64,000 bases of DNA from the NCBI GenBank assembly GCA_964016885.1, contig OZ024740.1, positions 166,284,001-166,348,000 on the forward strand, in the 5' to 3' direction. Source of the DNA: Eledone cirrhosa. Taxonomy: Eukaryota. Below the pieces are notes generated by a model. The model was not told the origin of the DNA. It saw only the letters and a program-made list of their open reading frames with translations, and made no database searches. Position 1 is the stretch's first letter, and every line of letters starts with the position of its first letter. Below, in pieces: positions 1-16,622 of this stretch. The position numbers and the translations under genes are program-made.

Positions 1-295
1 ACTGCTATCAATCATTTGCCAGACAGGTGATCATTTCGATAATTCATTAATCAACTGGTTGTTATGAAACACTTTTGTCCACCACCCAGGTTTCAAAGAC
101 GGGGTTGTAAGGTTAGTATTAGTATCATCATCATCGTCGTCATTATCTACAGCAGCAGCAACAACAACTGTAGCAGCAGTAGCATGAGTAGCAATAAACT
201 CTGCAGCAGATGGTGGCAACGATAGGAATAGAAATGGCCGACGTGACAGAAGTTGATGTATTGGAGGTTGTGTTTTTTGTGTTAATTTTTGCTGT

Positions 296-299
296 AATG

Positions 300-360
<61 letters not shown>

Positions 361-421
361 CAGCATCAGTAGTAGTAGTAGTAATAGTAGTAGTAGTATT
401 AGTATTAGTAGTAGCAGCAGC

Positions 422-476
<55 letters not shown>

Positions 477-569
477 ATATTATAGGTAGTAGTAGTGGTA
501 ATAGTAGTAGTAATAGTAATATTAGTAGAAGTGGTAGTAGTAGTAGTAGTAGTAATATTAGTAGAAGTG

Positions 570-633
<64 letters not shown>

Positions 634-655
634 CAGCAGCAGCAGCAGTAGTAGT
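296..655. repeat. (TAG)n trinucleotide microsatellite with CAG/TGG interruptions
   Basis: Direct reading; it explains the poly-T/V/L/Y ORFs. Confidence 0.98.
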
Positions 656-1136
656 CATTGTTTGTTTTGAAAGAAGGGTAGATCAACCCTGTCAGTGCAT
701 GAAAAAATGAATTCCACGAACCCATCCCAGCGACAAGACTACTACCGGTGATGCGAGAAAGACAGAGGGTAAAAAAACCAATATACAAACTTAACATCAG
801 AAAAAGCAAGTACGACAACAACAAAATCAACAGCAAAGAAAATAACAAGCACAACAAGCACAACACGCAAACATCATTAATAACAATGCCCGGGACTATA
901 GCTATAGGGATGACAATGCTGATCGGTTGTGACGTAGATAATAACGATATATAAAATACCATCTAGTTTTACTCCGCCACAAACTATTTTCTCATAAAAG
1001 CTGACGCTCGCTTCTATTAAGGAATAACAATTAGAAGGACGAATATCATTATAGATAAATGTCTTATGATCATAGACGCGCAAGGAAGGGGTCTATTCAG
1101 TGTGTTATACCATTTTATGCAGCTGTAAATGTTATA

Positions 1137-1137
1137 A

Positions 1138-1211
<74 letters not shown>

Positions 1212-1253
1212 GCCCTGGTGGCAAATAAATAGAAAGTTATCTACCTATCTATC

Positions 1254-1328
<75 letters not shown>

Positions 1329-1342
1329 ATATATATATATAT
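1137..1342. repeat. Compound microsatellite (TATC)n-(CT)n-(TA)n
   Basis: Direct reading. Confidence 0.95.
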
Positions 1343-1538
1343 AGAAGAGCTTCTTCAGGACTAGAACTGTTTCATTCGTGAGAAATCATCAGGCAGATCT
1401 TATGAGCTTCCTGATGATTTCTCACGAATGAAACAGTTCTATTCCTGTAGAAGCTCTTCTATATTAACATTGTTATACTCTGCTATGTATTAAGTACCTT
1501 ACTTACTCTGGTTACCTCCGATTCAACCCAGAATAACT
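1341..1538 (+). mobile_element. Short PLE-type pLTR fragment, family A: inverted arm, HHR and tail, between (TA)n tracts
   Basis: 1341-1393 is the reverse complement of about 1410-1462; HHR at 1404-1456; TA repeats on both sides. Confidence 0.8.
1404..1456 (+). ncRNA. Type I hammerhead ribozyme (family A)
   Basis: gagcttc-CTGATGA-tTTCtcacGAAt-GAAA-CAGttctattcCTG-TA-gaagctc; 7-bp stem I, GUA cleavage triplet. Confidence 0.85.
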
Positions 1539-1550
1539 ATATATATATAT

Positions 1551-3850
<2,300 letters not shown>

Positions 3851-3852
<2 letters not shown>

Positions 3853-4071
3853 AAAAGATTCGGAACCCCGACGGCTGAGCTCCGGCCGTTTCGACAGCTA
3901 GATCCGAACTAAGCCTGCAGTACATGGTAGCTCAGTTCGGATCTAGCTTTCGAAACGGTGGAGCTCAGCCGTCAGGGTCCTGACTCTTTCTCTATTGCCC
4001 ACTCTACTACCCTAAGTAGCGAGTACTCTGGTGTGTTATGCTCCACCTGGTATATTACCACATCTTCTTTG

Positions 4072-4072
<1 letters not shown>
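3851..4072 (+). mobile_element. Short PLE-type fragment, family C: fold-back, 3' half of HHR and tail
   Basis: About 3863-3910 is inverted at about 3935-3982; GAAACGG...CCGTC; same family at 33594-33759. Confidence 0.7.
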
Positions 4073-4107
<35 letters not shown>

Positions 4108-4724
4108 TTGTCTATCTATGTATATATCTATCTCTGTAAGTGTGTGCGTATGTATGGGCGTGTGTAGTGCGTTCGTCCAATATTGGGCCTACATTGTAAG
4201 ATGTATTTGAATGATGTTGAGGTCCCTGTAAGAAGTCACTGTCAGAGTATTGAGCTGATCGTCTTGCAGCACTAGCTTCGATAGAGAGGGGAAACAAGCT
4301 GTCAATGGTTAAATTTGGTGGAGGGAAGCTCTATATGAAGGGGAAACACTACTTTGAAATCTCCCGGAGAAATTATGGATGGAGAAACAGAAAGGGCTTG
4401 GAAGTGGAACTGCCAGAAAGAATGATACTCATTCAATTCGCACTGGCATGGAAATAGACTATATAAAATTTCGCGTGATGAACATTTGCTTGAGAAACTC
4501 ATTTGCATATAATGTGAACTGGGCTGGTAATATTTCATTGGCAGTAGTATTAAGACATCGTTTAAGCGTTATAGATATGAATATGAAAAGATATATAAAT
4601 ATTTACTATACGTCTATATATACAATAATCACAAATATACACTTGCATTCACACACACACGCACACACACGCACACACACGCGCACACGCACACGTACAC
4701 ACACACACACACACAAATGTTTTC

Positions 4725-4797
<73 letters not shown>

Positions 4798-4800
<3 letters not shown>

Positions 4801-4882
4801 GAGTGCTTTGCTAACTCATTCATATCGTAGGTCGAATTTGCTTGCCCACCGCCAAAGATTCGATTTACTAAGCCACCAATTA
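4798..4882 (+). mobile_element. Tail-only fragment of family K between (TA)n tracts
   Basis: Matches the reverse complement of 24722-24810 (tcgagtgctttgctaactcat...gattcgattt...ccaatta). Confidence 0.7.
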
Positions 4883-5401
4883 TATATATGTATATATATA
4901 TATATATAGATAGATAGATACAGAGTATATTTGTTTTGGGATGTAAAAATGGTATGAGTAACAATTTGGCGTAAATAATTAGTAACAGCAAATCCGCCTC
5001 ATGATAATGAATATTTGTATATCTTATTTACGAATATAATAGAAATTCTGAACGTGCAAGTATGTCGTATGTATAAAGAAACTTTAGCGTCGCCCACCCA
5101 ATAGTTAGTAATATAAATAAATGTATATCTAATATGCCCTCAGATAGGACCAGCTGCTAATTATTACAACGATGTCTTAAAAGAAGGATGCTTAAGGATA
5201 AGATTAAATTCTTACCCCAAAACTAGCAGCAGTGCGGAAGATAAGTATTCGAATCACCAGTTCATGCCACCCGCTGTTCTGTCTAAATGTAATATAAAAT
5301 ATGACTTGAAATTGCTTAGCGTTATTCAAGAAGGTCTCTAAATACAGCAGAAAATACCGCAATTTATTCAATAAAAATAAAGTGAAAGTCAGCAACATTT
5401 G

Positions 5402-5502
<101 letters not shown>

Positions 5503-5534
5503 CACACACACACACATATATATATATATATACA

Positions 5535-5757
5535 TATAAAGGTGTCCCCCCCAGATTATATACACATTTCCACACACCCCAAAAATGCATTAAAATAAAT
5601 TCTGTTTTATATGCATTATGTGAATTATGCAAGCGTTTTGGGTGTTTACATTATGTCTGTAGATCATGTTACTTTTTGGAAAGGTTGTGCATTCTAATAG
5701 ATATTGCCTGTACAGGTAAACGAAGTGTGGATACATTTTTTTGGAGCACCCTGTATA
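5535..5757. mobile_element. Degenerate Tc1/mariner-type MITE
   Basis: Imperfect TIRs (taaaggtgtccccc / ggagcaccctgta) flanked by TA. Confidence 0.45.
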
Positions 5758-5760
5758 TAC

Positions 5761-5791
<31 letters not shown>

Positions 5792-5852
5792 TGTATGAAT
5801 GTATGTATGTATGTATGTATGTATGTATGTATGTATGTATGTATGTATGTAT

Positions 5853-6508
5853 GTTCTTCTGGGTTCATAATTTCACAAATTTTTGCCAATAGAGAGAGAG
5901 TCGGTTTCTAACAGACACAAGACTCTTTCATTGGAATTTACACAACAGCAACTAAGTAGATATGTCTGCATGTCTGCATGTGTAGATATGGATATTATTG
6001 TATGTGTGGATGTGTATGTTTTGAGTTGTATGTGTGCATGTGTATATGCAGTATTAGATGCAACATTTTTGGAATGTTTTGCATAATTTTACTGTTCCAT
6101 TAATGGATTGTACTTGTAATATGCTAACTAGTTGTGTTCTTTCTGTTCCTGTGAACCTCAGTTTCTCAACATTTGTATTGAGGCAGTTACTAACATATCC
6201 CAGGCATAAATCACAGGCATAAATCTGATGGTATAATCAGGGTGGAGCATCTGTAGTTTTCTCATTAGTTCTGCATAAATATTCTCCTTTTCGCTAATCT
6301 TTGATATTTTATTGGCATCTGCTGGGCAGCTAACTTCCACTACTGTGCATGCCTTCTTTTCCCTGGTCTGTTATGCCTGCATTTTATTGAGATTTTACTG
6401 GATCATCTTCGATGTTAATTCTGCAGAGTCTGCACTTTTTATCACATCTAGGTATTTTGCCAACATCCCTATCTATTTTGTGAATCAGGTATTTCGTGTT
6501 GATTTCCT
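5853..6508 (-). mobile_element. 3' fragment of an RLE-type non-LTR retrotransposon (R4/Dong-like) within (CATA)n
   Basis: Minus-strand CTVVEVSCPAD...EKENIYAELMRKLQ...FMPVI resembles the restriction-like endonuclease C-terminus; ends at a (TACA)n tract. Confidence 0.7.
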
Positions 6509-6593
6509 GTATGTATGTATGTATGTATGTATGTATGTATGTATGTATGTATGTATGTATGTATGTATGTATGTATGTATGTATGTATGTATG

Positions 6594-7196
6594 TCACCAG
6601 TTGGTGCTACTGGTAACATGTATCCCAGTACAACCTGTCTCATGGTCGGGTCGTTGGCGACTAAACTGGCAACCCCACCAAGGTTTCTTGGTGAGGAGGG
6701 GGACTTTGGACATCCTGCAGGACTAAAAACAAAACCTGTCAAAGGGCAAAGGAGCTCTCAAGTGTCAATGGCCATCCAAAATCACCAGGAGAGATGACCC
6801 CTTAGCCTTTGTCAAGGCAGAATTCTAGGAGAAGGAAAACTCTGATATAACACCTGCAACTCTGATGGTATCCAATGATGTTGACTTGTTCTTCTTTTTG
6901 GTAAATATCATCTTGGTTAAGAGAGTGGGACTGCTTTTGTGCAGTGCCTTTGCTCACTATAAAAGCTTCACGGCACAGGCATTGCTTTATATCTGGAGAT
7001 CTCTCTGCACTTGTCGTCACATGGTACCATGGGCCCAGCACTGTGTGTCAATAATTGTCACAAGTGTAGTGTTTGTACCAGAGTTTTCAAGTCGCTGGCT
7101 GGACTAACAAGTCACACTCGTTTAGCGCATCGGTAGGGGTTCTCCTACATGGGTATAAAGTAGTGGCCGTACTCGAAAACGAGTTGGCAGCCACCG
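6594..7196 (+). mobile_element. Non-coding interspersed repeat of about 600 bp, probably RTE-derived
   Basis: Close inverted copy with the same ends at 62867-63468; contains aggagaaggaaaactctg, which I recall from RTE/RTEX 5' UTRs; sits in microsatellites. Confidence 0.7.
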
Positions 7197-7235
7197 TATG
7201 TATGTATGTATGTATGTATGCATGTATGTATGTAT

Positions 7236-7740
7236 GTTCTTCTGGTTTTATAATTTCACAAAGTTTTACCAATAGAGAGACAGTCGGTTTCTAACATAGA
7301 CACACAACTCTCTCATTGGAATTTACACAACATCAACTAGGTAGATATGTATGCATGTCTGCATGCATGCATGTGTAGATATGGATGTTATTGTATGTGT
7401 GGATGTGGATGTTTTGAGTTGTATGTGTGCATGTGTATATGCTTTGCATCTGTACATGTGTATATGGAATGTTTTACATAGTCTTACTGTTCCATTAATG
7501 GATTGTACTTGTAATTTCCTAACTAGTTGTGTTCTTTCTGTTCCCGTGAAGCCCATAATTACATAACCTCTATTTAGCTTATCCTCATTGTTTCCTCTCA
7601 CCCATCTCACGGCATCTGACTCTTTTATTTAGTTCATTCAATTTTAATTCACAATTGTGTAACCTTGGCTATAACACATCTAATATTGTCAAGACGGATA
7701 AGTTTGGAAACGTTAGATTATTTTATTCCATGTAACAATA
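7236..7740 (-). mobile_element. Second 3' fragment of the (CATA)n-associated RLE LINE
   Basis: Homologous to 5853-6160 with the same 3' junction (ccagaagaac-(ATAC)n). Confidence 0.75.
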
Positions 7741-9591
7741 TCTTCTACGAACGTTCCTTTACATTATAATATTTTTCTTTATATAATGAGTTGTAGTGGG
7801 TTGTAGTGTAGTTTGAAAACAGATTTGTCTGCTATTCTTAGCAGGCCGTGTGATGACGTAGAATCTTCCTCGTTGACACATAAGGTGTAGAAGTATATAA
7901 GACTATGACAAAAAGATAGTTATAGTCAATAATTAACTGCTGTTTTATTTCATTGTCATGAAGTAAAAATTCCACTCTGCAAAAATTGGATTTCAAACGT
8001 AAATGGCAACCAAACCCACAAAGTATTTTGTCCTACTGAGAAAATACTTTATGTTATTTATACTGATTAACTATTTACTGATTAACTACTTATAGAGTGA
8101 TTATACTGATTAACTACTTATAGAGTGATTAGCATCAAAGAAGTTCTATTGACTGTATTTTTAGGCTCTTTGAAACACAAATATGAACTTTTCATTAAAA
8201 TCCCGAATAGTCTTTAGTTAGAAATCAAAAGGGTGTAACGAATAAACCCAAGGCATTTTGTCTGTTTCTCTGGGAATGTCTTTTTCTGTCTACCATAGAA
8301 GAATACACTACACTGTCAAATGATCCGCTAGAAGCAGCAGCCATTTTTATTCATAATATACCCTACTGCCTTTAAAAATAAGAAGTAAGATTCCATAATA
8401 TTAAATCCAAGGAATAAGATTTTTTGATAAATAAGGATACGAGATGGTCGCGGCTAGACAGTCAGCTCGGACAAAGCGTTACTAATATTAAACAACAACA
8501 ACAACAGCAGCAGCAACATAAAAATACACAATATCTAGGAAAATAATATTCAACATTTCCAGCAAAATTTACAGTAGCACCAGCCTCAGCAACAACAATA
8601 GCAACAACAATTATGGCAATAACAACACAAAAAAAAAGAATAACATTACCAAATATGATTGAGAAATGCAATATTTCTAAACAAGAAAAAGGCGAAATAG
8701 TTCAACAACAAACCCCACAATGACAACGACAAGCATGAAAAAAAAATAAAACCTAAAATTATAAATAGCAACCATATCAATGTCAACTACAGCAGTAACT
8801 ACTAAAACAAACAACAATAAGAAAAACAACAAGGAAAAAAACATGAGTTAGGACAAGCATATCAATGTCAACAACTGTAAATGATGCAACAACGATAACA
8901 ACACCAATTTTACGTTTACTATAACCGCAAAAAAATATATCAACAAAAGAAGCTAGAAAGAATTTAAAAATACATAAAACGACAGCAAAAGCAAAACTGA
9001 AAACACCAATAAAAATGGACACGAATAAAGAATTCAACAAGAAGAGCAGCAACAATGAAAAAAACAACATAAGAATGAGGAAAGGCAAATAAAAATAAAA
9101 CGAATAAAACATCAAAAAGACGTGAATTTATTGAAGACAGGCGAAACCGACAAGCAGTTCTTAGATTAAAATAGAATCCATGGAAACATTTCAATAAAGT
9201 GAGTGTGCAGGCCTTGTGTGCCAACCGCCAAATAGCAATAAGTGAGCATTTAGATGTATTTGTGTTGGAGATGCACCGGATTTTATTCATAGCATTTGAT
9301 TCACACACTTATTTATGTCCATTCCATTACTGCAGAGTAGATAACATTTGTACTGCTATGAATCATCAAATATGAAGCATTTCTCATTCCTGTGTATGTA
9401 TGTATACTCCGCCAGGTTGGCAGATTCGTTTAAATGTTGCACAAAAGTCTTGCAATATTTGTCGAAGCTCTTTACTTTTCTTTGTTTAAATCACACCAAG
9501 GACGACTTTACTTGTCATACGTCCGGTATCGTTAATATACAATGCCAGTTGAGCAGTGGAGTAAATGTGATTGAATGTTTTTCCCTCTGTA

Positions 9592-9838
9592 AATTACAGG
9601 GAATTTATCATTAGGTTTGTTATTGTTGCCTAACATAAAGGTTTTCGTTATTGTGCTTGGTGACTGGTGTTCGAGGCGTGATATGTATATATATAAATAT
9701 GCAAGTTTTCTCCTCTATAATTACAGGGAATTTATCATTAGGTTTGTTATTGTTGCCTAACATAAAGGTTTTGGTGATTGTGCTTGGTGACTGGTGTTCG
9801 AGGCGTGTCATGTATATATATAAATATGCAAGTTTTTA
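9592..9838. repeat. Tandem duplication, 127-bp unit x2
   Basis: aattacagggaatttatcattagg at 9592 and 9719. Confidence 0.9.
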
Positions 9839-12800
9839 TATAAATATATGATTTACACGTTTCAAAATTGTTTAGCCCTCAATGAATCAATTAGTATTCC
9901 AAACATGTATGCATGTGGAGTGATAAATATGCATGTACCTAATCACGACCAAATTCTAATGACAGAAACTATTAAAATAAAAATAAAAGAATAGTGAAAC
10001 ATTTATGGAATATTAGGTTCTAACTTGGAAGTGTAGAATTTCCAAGGATCCAGCTTGTAGATAAATGTTTATATATTTGTTATGAATCGTTGTGCTTATC
10101 TCTATTCCCAGTATTGTAATTTTGTTGTATTCTCATTCTAGAAGAGCTTACAATACTTTCCTTCAGGCCTTCGACTCTTATTCTCCCCTCGTAATATGTT
10201 TTGAACAGTTCATACCCGGAGTCCATCTATACCTTCCAGAGAGTGAAAACTAGAGATAATATAGTGGGAGAGAAAGAAATGATAGATAACTAGCTAGCTA
10301 GCTAGATAAATAAATATATAGATAGATAGATAGAGAGAGATGGAGAGAGAGGAAGAGAGAGAGACAGACCTAATTGAACTTTACCTTTTCTACCTAGAAG
10401 TGATGAAAGCCAACGATTAACACACTGAAGGATTTGAATTCAGGATGCAGAGAATTAGAACGAAACCGCAAGCAATGACTCATTTACTTCCCTATCAGCT
10501 ATCACTATGAATTGTATTGTTGCGGTCAGTGTATGTAAATGGTGCGGAATATTTAATTTCATCTGACGTTTCGGTGCTGTCTAACTAATTTTCATAAGTC
10601 ACTGTAGAATGTTTTTCGTCTTCGCCATGTCTTATCTCTGTTCAGCTTGTGAATTAACTATTGGCCTTCCACTTGAGTCATTTCATAGTTCAATGGTAAT
10701 GACCTTAGTTCAGGGGATGTGTTTCTTGTTACTGATGTAAAAAACTTGTGCTACCTTGGTATACTTGGTAATTGAGAGATAGGCTTATATATTTATTCAC
10801 TCATTTTGTGTGAGGGAGAACTACTTATTACATTCCTACAGTAGTATTTGATATTTATGTTTTTCGCAGAGATATTTCCCGATAAGTTTATTTATTGCAT
10901 AAGCGGTCAACGCTTAGAATTATCGATTTTGTTCGATAACTGCTAAGAATAAGCGTACATGTTTTCTTAATATGTAGTACGTGATGATATCAGTAATGAT
11001 ATAACGGTAGAAACATCCAGATTAATATAGCATTATATTTTCTTGCAGAGAGAACACATGGCACATGTACCAAAAGCTTGTATTGGACTTAATTGTAATT
11101 TTGGTTACATAATCTTAGTGTTTGATGTGTTATTGTTTAACCCTGTAATCAAGCTGAACTATTTCGTTTGATTCCTTTTAGAATAGTTAATTTAGAACGG
11201 CATTATTGAAATGTCGTAACGATCCTTGTTTTCTGAGTTCACACACAAAGGTAAAACATTCCTTTCATCCAATATTTAGGTAGATAAATTCTGTTTTCCC
11301 TTAACTCAGAATTGTTAGCCATCGGCCAAAATGCCAAACTATTACATACGTTTTGCCTCCAATTTAAACGACGTTACCTACTCTCAGAGGGGGTGGGTGG
11401 GGGTGGCTGCTATTTTTAGCAGGTTGAGTGGCCCTGTAGATTTTTTTAACCGCCGCTTTATGTAAATGTTGGCAACCGTGAATGTTATTCAGACACTAAT
11501 GATGTGGGTATGGCTCTCATAGTATGTAATATTTGCTATTACATACGAAATGTTGCTTCGGGCTTTACATTATAACAAGTGTTGATAATCTGTATATTTA
11601 TTTTAAAACGAATGTTAGTCCTCTTACTTTGATTGTATTATGGGAGTAAAATATTTATTCATTGCAGAACGCAAGGTTGTCAGAAATGTTAAGAGAAAAT
11701 CTAATCGATAATCAGCTATAAGAACACACCTATTACTATATTATGTACATTTTGAATCAAATATATTTAACACTTTCACCTAACAAACAAAATAAGCAAC
11801 ACACAGTCAACATCATATATCAAAGAAACTACGTTTATATACAATGAACATATGGGTAGCCCATGCTATCAAAGAAAAATATATTTTCTTAATGAAAAAA
11901 ATATTTTTTCAATATTTTACTCCATGGATAAATCACAGACTTTGCAGTTCGTTTGATAATGTGAGATAGCGTTGTTTCAAGATCTACTAATATTGCAACA
12001 GTGATACTCACACAAAACATAGGAATACACCAGAGTCTGTATAAAATTTGGCGTAATGCAAATGAGCATTTGGAACCTATTTTTTGATTTGCTATTTGCC
12101 AGTGAGTGTCTCCAGCAAATCTTGATCACAAAGGTACTACATTTAACTAGGAGAAAGAATAATGTACACACATTACATTAGTCATCATTGACTATTCCAA
12201 CCCTGCCACGGACAATATTCATACACTTACAATAAACTATGAAATACATAAATCAGTGCGCTATGACATACAACGTACCACCTACTTAACAAACAAACAA
12301 ACAAAAACCAAATACTTAAAAAAAAAAGTTAATATGAACATGCAAAGCGCACTGTTTTTTGTCGTAGCATTCTCCAAACCCCATAGTGAATATTACAAGA
12401 TGTACACATCTACGACACCAAAAAGCACCACTTCGATATGGTCTCTCTCACTCAGTCATAATAAACATAATGAACTTATAAACAGAAATACTTGCAACAA
12501 CAATAGCCTCACTGGACCAACATACGGCACTGAAGATGCATTGCAGCCCTGAACGAGTCCACACTCTCCTTTCTCCATCTTATCCTTAGTTTTCAGCAAA
12601 TTAAACATACGTACAAAAATATATTCCTAATGAATTCATTACGTGACCATCTTACATTCTGAGGTTTCTGTCATATGGCTAATTATCAATATGTCCTTCC
12701 TTTTATCATGACTCTAGTATTTAATTTTAGAGATTTGGTTTCTAGATCTTGAAAGTTGATCAATCACATAGAGGATCTCTTGTTAGATTAGATTTAAATT

Positions 12801-15427
12801 CACTAATAGTAGTAGATAGTTGCATTGAAGAGTATCTTTCGGCGTCCCAATTAATGATAGCCAATGTATTTTCGGACAAAAATCTATAGAATAATGACGG
12901 ACATATCTCGAGTAGGCTGATGTTGGGAGTTATATGATGAAATCCTGTACATCGTGGTTACCAGGATATACGGTAGCACGGCAAATATAATGTGTATTCC
13001 TGTCCCAAAAGTGTATAACCATGAATTTTTTTGGATTCCATTTGTTGACGATATACCTAATGGTGATTTCACTAGCGATATACACCATGTTATGCTATTT
13101 TAAGCTGTGTTAGACTATGTCCCAATGTTATCCCATGTTTTACTCAACAAAGTTCTTCATCTTTGATTAAGTCACAAAATCATTTAAGAGAAAGATGCAA
13201 GGCCTTGTTGGAGCAAATAGATGACATGGATATAACATTTAGATAGCCTGGAAAATGATGTTAAATTAGGGTACAAGAACAATAATTTAATAAGAACAAT
13301 AATTTAAGAAGAGCTTGAGTATAAAAATATATACATTTTCTGGTGGAATAGCAGATTATTTAGAGCGATATTTTCTCTGACTTTTTACGCTCTGGGTTCA
13401 AACACCCCCTTGTTAACTTTGCCTTTCAAAATTCTGGTATCAAGTCAGTAAATATCAGGTAAGTACTGTAGGTGATATAATTGATATTCTCCTTACCAAT
13501 ATTGCTGGCCATTAGCATACATTTTAAAAGCAAACATTTTTTAAAGAAATGTCCATGAGTATACATGAGTATCCATGAGTATAACTGAGGGGGAGAGATG
13601 GATATGAAAGATATTTTATCCTGGAAATATGTCCCACACCTTTTTTTTATTTCTTGTGATCAAACATATACATGCGAGCAGGGCGACCAGGTCATAGTGT
13701 AAAACATTCGTTTCAGTAATGGGTTTAAAATATAAGTTTCCATTATAATCCTGTTTCCATTATTAAAAAACAACAAATATTACTACAAAAAATGCGTTAT
13801 ACCTCTAACAGAAAGAGTAATTCAACATGGGTTCTCGAATGAAAATAAAACACTATAGCATTCAATCAGTGCCTTGATACAAAACATGAACCCAATGAAC
13901 TTGTTTATCTGTTAACATTGAATGTCTCTTTTTGAATCTAGCTTTAGGTTGTACTTTTAGTTTATTTCCGTTTCTTAATAAAAATGTTCTTAAACAATAG
14001 AATTTATCAACATTGTAAAGCGTTTCTTATCTCCTGATATATAATTACATTTTATGAATTATGTTTACAAGTATAAAGAGACATTACTTACGTGTTTCTG
14101 GCAGACGTTGCCAGAAAAGGAAGGCGGAATATAAAGATCAAAGAAATTGATGAGATTGTGTAGACTATATAACTCAAATGCATTTTGGGCAACTTTTCAT
14201 TTGAAGATTTAATAATGGTTTTGGAAACTTTTATTGTACCGTTTATTAGAAGCTATAGAACTGCCTTTTATGTTAGTCACAGAGGAACGAGGGAGGATGA
14301 ATATCTTCAGCTTTTGAAAGCCCGCTCACACCAATGAGATTTATACAGTTAAAGTTTATCTCGAACATTTGTAGGTTAATGTTTGCAAGATAAACGTATA
14401 AGGACGGAAATCTATAAAGACATTGAATATATACAGTAGGAAATGTTTTGTGACTTTCACGGGTGGAGGTAAGAGGAGTTGGTTAGATAACCCTAAAGAG
14501 AAAATTCTAGAATGTTTGAAGGAACTGGGTAGAATTGAAATTATTGTGAATTTTTTTCTCTGGAAATTGAAGCAGAATAAACGTTTGTTCAAGGCGCTTG
14601 GTGTATTGTCTGTCTTTCCAATAATGGTGGAACTAACTTTTAAATTAATTACTGAGGATTAAACTTTTCACTGTTTTATAATAAACATCAAAAAGCTAAC
14701 TTCTTCGGCCTGACACATTTACATCTGCTTCCCACATAGAATATCATTCAAGCGATAATTTTGAGCTTAAATATAACACAAATAATATGCTTCAGATTTT
14801 CTATTAATAGTTTTACCAATGATAGTCTTTAGGGCCATCATTAGCATATTCATCTCATCTCATACCCCACGAAAGGTATTCAAACATGCCATACATAATG
14901 ATAGCGGTTACGTTAGAAGTTTAATGATCCATAAATAAAATAACATATTTTGAAATATTTGGTGAGGCAACCTTTTGATATTATGGGACATTGAATTATA
15001 TAAATATTTAAAGTAATCTAGAGGGAACGAAATCCATATGTCACAGATTGCACAAATCATTCCTGTGGAGTCTGACATTTAATGTCTGGTTTCGAAGTTC
15101 TTGCTTTGATCTAAAGTCATATATTTTTATTATTTCACTCGGGGAACTCGAAGGCTATGATATAGTCACAGTGTCAACTACTGGCTTGTCCTCACACATC
15201 AAAAGTACGCAATATAACGGTGTGTTGTCATCTTGTAACAGGTAGAATCTATCCATTAAAAACTCCTCTGCAGTGAGCCTTAAGTTATAGTTGTAGATTA
15301 AGACTCCTTTCCTATATTTCAAGCCTTAAACTGATATATCTCTCCATTCTACCTATCGTTTGCTTTGTTATTTCTGTTAACCTTTTACACGTGCGCGCGC
15401 ACACACACACACATATATATATATGTA

Positions 15428-15480
<53 letters not shown>

Positions 15481-15485
<5 letters not shown>

Positions 15486-16220
15486 TAATTTAATATATCT
15501 ACTAACATAAGCGCACAGATGTACGCTAATGCCAGCAAATACACAGGTTATGTCATAGTACCTAGGTGGTTCAATGCAGGAGGATGCAGAACAATAATAT
15601 AAAAGACGTAAAATAAGAAAATTTAAAAAGAAAGTTTTTAAAAAAAATTTTAACTTACTTACTTAAATTTTCACTCCAACTAATTAGTTTCTGCAATGGG
15701 ATAAAGACAGTTACGTAATCTAACTGTCGAGAATTAATTGCGTCATCAGGGAGTCTATTCTCAGCTAAGTCTCCAGGCAATGCGCGGACACCGGGGACTC
15801 ATATAAAAATAATAATAATTCAGTAGATGGAACAGCTAGCGGGGACTGAATTCCATGCACTGTAATCCTCGCTGCCTCTGGTCAAATGGCCTATTCTAAA
15901 GAATCAATCACGTGATACAGAGGCTAGTCAGTAGGAATGGGATGGTAAGATGACAGACGCCTACTAACACCCCCAAAAATTTAGAAGTGGTTTTGGCAGG
16001 TTTGCTCGACAAATCAGTGATTTGGAGATAAATATAGATAATTTAATATATCTACTAACATAAGCGCACAGATGTACGCTAATGCCAGCAAAATACACAG
16101 GTTATGTCATAGTACCTAGGTGGTTCAATGCAGGAGGATGCAGAACAATAATATAAAAGACGTAAAATAAGAAAATTTAAAAAAAAAGTTTTTAAAAAAA
16201 TGTTTAACTTACTTACTTAA
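15481..16220 (-). mobile_element. Retrozyme-like element, family D: 553-bp unit, 1.33 tandem copies, ending in (TA)n
   Basis: Direct repeat 15481-15666 = 16034-16220; HHR at 15673-15754; no ORF. Confidence 0.8.
15673..15754 (-). ncRNA. Type I HHR with extended stem II (family D)
   Basis: actcc-CTGATGA-cGCAAT...gacagtta-loop-taactgtc...ATTGCa-GAAA-CTAATTAG-TT-ggagt. Confidence 0.8.
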
Positions 16221-16566
16221 GACGGTAATGATTGTTTGCAGGCTAACACTAATTTCTAATCACTGATGGTGTTAAGATTCACAATCATTCAGAAGAACAG
16301 GACTAGAAATCGAAGTATAATATTCTACTGTCAAATTACATAAATTTGCAATTACATAATTTTGTATTTGTCTAATGAAATTAAGTTCAGTGGAACTAGG
16401 TTATACAAAGTTCAATACGTCTATTGCCTTATCTTTAAAATGCTTGTTCATAAAATGTTTTCTAACTCCACCTAGATCGCATTTATTAAGTTTAGTTGTT
16501 TATTTTTATTCAGAAATAAACACACCACTCACCCAAACCCAGAAAGTGTGTGTGTGTGTGTGCGCG

Positions 16567-16622
<56 letters not shown>

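Noticed and set aside
7113-7196. HDV-like ribozyme on the minus strand (G-U-opened P1, CUAA, P2)
   Set aside because: There is no room for P3/L3 and no P1.1 GG. The other end of the element (6594-6670) also lacks a P1 partner.
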